Part shown: positions 27,790 to 47,131 of the stretch, piece after piece | Numbering within the stretch: the stretch's first letter is position 1 | How the letters are laid out: the number at the start of each line of letters is the position of its first letter | NCBI RefSeq assembly: GCF_016432865.1 | Contig: NC_067400.1 | Location: forward strand, 616,900,001 to 616,947,131 | Reading direction: 5' to 3' | DNA length: 47,131 bases | From: Antechinus flavipes | Lineage: Eukaryota | Translations under genes and position numbers: made by a program | Notes under the pieces: generated by a model | Seen by the model: only the letters and a program-made list of their open reading frames with translations | What the model was told of the DNA's origin: nothing | The model's database searches: none

Positions 27790-28063
27790 GGGCCCGGCTC
27801 CTCCCCTGCCTCTGCCCTTCCGGACCCAGTGCCCCTCCCCAGGCGCAGCCCCTTGAGGGCGGCTTCTCCTCTAGAGTGCAGGCCCGCCGAGGGCAGGGCA
27901 GGCTCAGGTTTTTGTGCACTTAGCATCCAGGATCCAATAAACACGTTCTTCACTGATGAATGATTGATTGATGCAAGGTGCCGAGAAGGTGCCTGCCCTG
28001 CATTAATGGAGGAATGTCACTGGGAACTTAGATCCATTGCCCACATCCAATGTGCTTGATATT

Positions 28064-28398
28064 TCTGACACCCCCCGTTCTGAGCCCCCTCCCAGCTCTA
28101 ACACCCCCCGTTCTGAGCCCCTCCCACCTCTGACACCCCCCGTTCTGAGCCCCCTCCCAGCTCTGACACCCCCCCCGTTCTGAGCCCCCTCCCAGCTCTG
28201 ACACCCCCCGTTCTGAGCCCCTCCCACCTCTGACACCCCCCGTTCTGAGCCCCCTCCCAGCTCTGACACCCCCCGTTCTGAGCCCCCTCCCACCTCTGAC
28301 ACCCCCCGTTCTGAGCCCCTCCCACCTCTGACATCCCCCGTTCTGAGCCCCTCCCACCTCTGACACCCCCCGTTCTGAGCCCCCTCCCAGCTCCGACA
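28064..28398. repeat. 32-35 bp minisatellite, about 10 copies, upstream of the ERCC2 promoter
   Basis: TCTGACACCCCCCGTTCTGAGCCCC(C)TCCCA(G/C)C. Confidence 0.95.
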
Positions 28399-28499
28399 TT
28401 GCAGCTTCTGACACTCTCTGGTCTAAGGTTCTCCCCCCCCCCCCCCTCCCCCTGCTCAGAGGTTCCAGGATTCTTTAAGGTCTAGGATTGTCTATTGCA

Positions 28500-28798
28500 A
28501 TAATGAATGGCGATCGCTTCGCTCGGCCTTCTCTATTTCAATCCGTCGCGCTTGAGCTGCAGTCGGGGAGCGATTATGAATGTCTGTCGTCGCTCCATAC
28601 TACCTAGTACTTCTCCCTTCCCTCTCCCACCCCGTGCGCACGCGCATTCGTTGCTCCTCCCCCGTCGGAGCTCCGCCTCCAGAGTCCGCAGCGCATTTAA
28701 CCAATGAGAGGCGAGCGCCGGCTCATTCCTGCGCTTAGTTCCCTTTCTGCATATTCATGAGGAGGCGGGGTGGCGCCTCGAACGCAGCAGACACCGCC

Positions 28799-28800
<2 letters not shown>
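28500..28800 (+). promoter_or_regulatory. ERCC2 core promoter
   Basis: NRF1-type TGCGCACGCGCA 28635-28646, CCAAT 28701-28705, POU/MORE-like CTGCATATTCAT 28747-28758, Kozak ACCGCCATG at 28799. Confidence 0.75.
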
Positions 28801-37689
<8,889 letters not shown>

Positions 37690-38079
37690 CGGGCAGCCCG
37701 AGGCGGGAAGTGAAGTTTTTGGCTATTTTTTTAAGACTTGCCTCTTCTCTGGGAGGGACCGTCTCCCCGGGGCCCTGCAGCCCCCGGGGGCAGTCGGGAA
37801 GACCCGGGGTCAGAGGCCGCCTGGATCCTGACCGGCCTCCTGGTCTCCTTTTGTAAAGTGGGGGGCTCACAATGGGCGCCTCCCTGAGGGCCAGAACCAG
37901 ACACCGTTGGTCAAGAGCTTCCCCTGCCCCAACGCCGCCCGGGGCTGCCCTTGTCACCTGGGGGGAAGGTGACCTTTCTAGGGGGAAGCGGCTCCCCCGG
38001 GAAGTGAGGGGGCCTGGGATGGATCAGCCTGAGCCGCTTCCTTCTCTAGAGATGGAGGCTTCGAGTTTTTTGACCTCTC

Positions 38080-38202
38080 TTTTGCTGAGGCAGGTGGGGT
38101 TAAGTGACTTGCCCAGGGTCACACAGCCGGGAAGTGTGAGACCAGATTTGAACGGTCCTCCCGACTCCAGGGCTGGTGCTCCTGCTGCCCACCTCGCTGC
38201 CC
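38080..38202 (-). mobile_element. tRNA-derived CORE-SINE (WSINE1-like) between ERCC2 stop and shared poly(A) region
   Basis: TTTTGCTGAGGCAG..GGGGTTAAGTGACTTGCCCAGGGTCACACAG...CCAGATTTGAAC..GTCCTCCCGACTCCAGGGCTGGTGCTC...GCTGCCCC. Confidence 0.85.
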
Positions 38203-38342
38203 CGGCCGCTTCCTTTTTCACACAGGGAGCGGGGGCGACCCCCCCACGGCCACAGAGAGCGGGGGCGAGGTACAAGGTCTAGTCCCAGCCCCTCGGGAAG
38301 ATGGGAAAGGATCCAGAGACATCTGCCGGAGTAACTGAATCT

Positions 38343-38354
38343 TTTATTATTAAA
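38343..38354. terminator. Back-to-back poly(A) signals: AATAAA(-) for KLC3, ATTAAA(+) for ERCC2
   Basis: TTTATT at 38343-38348 is immediately followed by ATTAAA at 38349-38354. Confidence 0.6.
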
Positions 38355-39122
38355 GCCAGTGCGTTATTCATAAAAGGATGGTCCTTTGGCCTTTCTCTAG
38401 GCCCTCATGACAGCTGATGGAAGTCTCCCAGGGAGAGGCGATGAGCTCCGATTGGTTACTGTGGGGGGAGGTGGGAGGGGCCCGGCCCGGGTCAGCCCCG
38501 TCTCCCTCGGGGACCTGTTTCCCTCCCTCCTGTCTGACCCCCGGGAGGAGCCCCATCTAGGCCGGCTGAGCCCCCTCGCCTCTGTGACTCTGGGCCTGGG
38601 TAACTGGTTCTGAATGGGGAATGAGAGAAAGGGGGAACCCTGCTCCTGCTGCAGTAACCAGTGATTAAATGGGAAAAAGGCGTTCCCCTCCCCTCCAGAG
38701 GCAGGATTTGAACCCAGGCCGTTGGGGAAGGTGCTCCCTGCCACACTGCCTGTGGTGGGGCATCCGTAGCCAGGGCCCCCTCCCTCCTCTGCCCCCCCCT
38801 TTTGGGTGACTCCCAGAGCCCCTTCTAGGTCTAGCTCTCGAGGTCCTAGAACCGGACTCCCACTGACCCGAGGATGGGGACCCTTTAACCTGCAGATGGG
38901 GAAACGGAGGCCCGGGAGGGGAGGGGGCGCCCTCGATGCTTCCCAAAGACGGCAAAGGCCGGGGCGAGGAGGTGGATTGGTTTTATCTCCGAGGCTTCAG
39001 CCCCGGCTGAGGACTCCTCGAGGTGGGTATAAATACAATAAATATAGGTGGAAGGGGAGGGGTGAGGAAGGTGGCGCCCACGCCGCCGCCACGCTCCTGA
39101 GGCTCCCGGGCCGGCCCGGCCG

Positions 39123-47018
<7,896 letters not shown>

Positions 47019-47131
47019 GGCTAATCCTGCAGGGGCGAGGGAGGGAGGGAAGGCCGTTGGAATCCCGGACCTCCCCTTCATCCTTCATGGAGAGAATGAG
47101 ATTGGGGGGGAATGGCCAGTTAGCCAGACAG

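Overview
Eukaryotic, very GC-rich genomic DNA, almost certainly from a marsupial (Mar1-like and WSINE1-like CORE-SINEs; species not determinable from sequence alone). The window holds the conserved DNA-repair cluster syntenic to human 19q13.32: ERCC1(+), POLR1G/CD3EAP(-), PPP1R13L/iASPP(+), ERCC2/XPD(+), KLC3(-). I reconstructed all five CDSs by hand exon by exon. All have GT-AG introns and open frames: 350, 480, 840, 760 and 508 aa. No prokaryotic system, CRISPR array or RNA gene is present, and most long ORFs in the track are artefacts of GC-rich tandem repeats. The unusual content is non-genic or repeat-derived. (1) A degenerate array in PPP1R13L intron 1 carries 8 perfect p53/p63 half-sites. 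(2) ERCC1 and POLR1G each carry in-frame coding minisatellites. (3) One hexamer appears to be both the ERCC1 branch point and the antisense POLR1G poly(A) signal. (4) ERCC2 and KLC3 share a back-to-back poly(A) cassette. (5) Several intronic minisatellites mimic splice signals. (6) A solo LTR with TSD sits in PPP1R13L intron 7. Comparisons with human orthologues are from memory and need alignment. All regulatory interpretations are untested inference.
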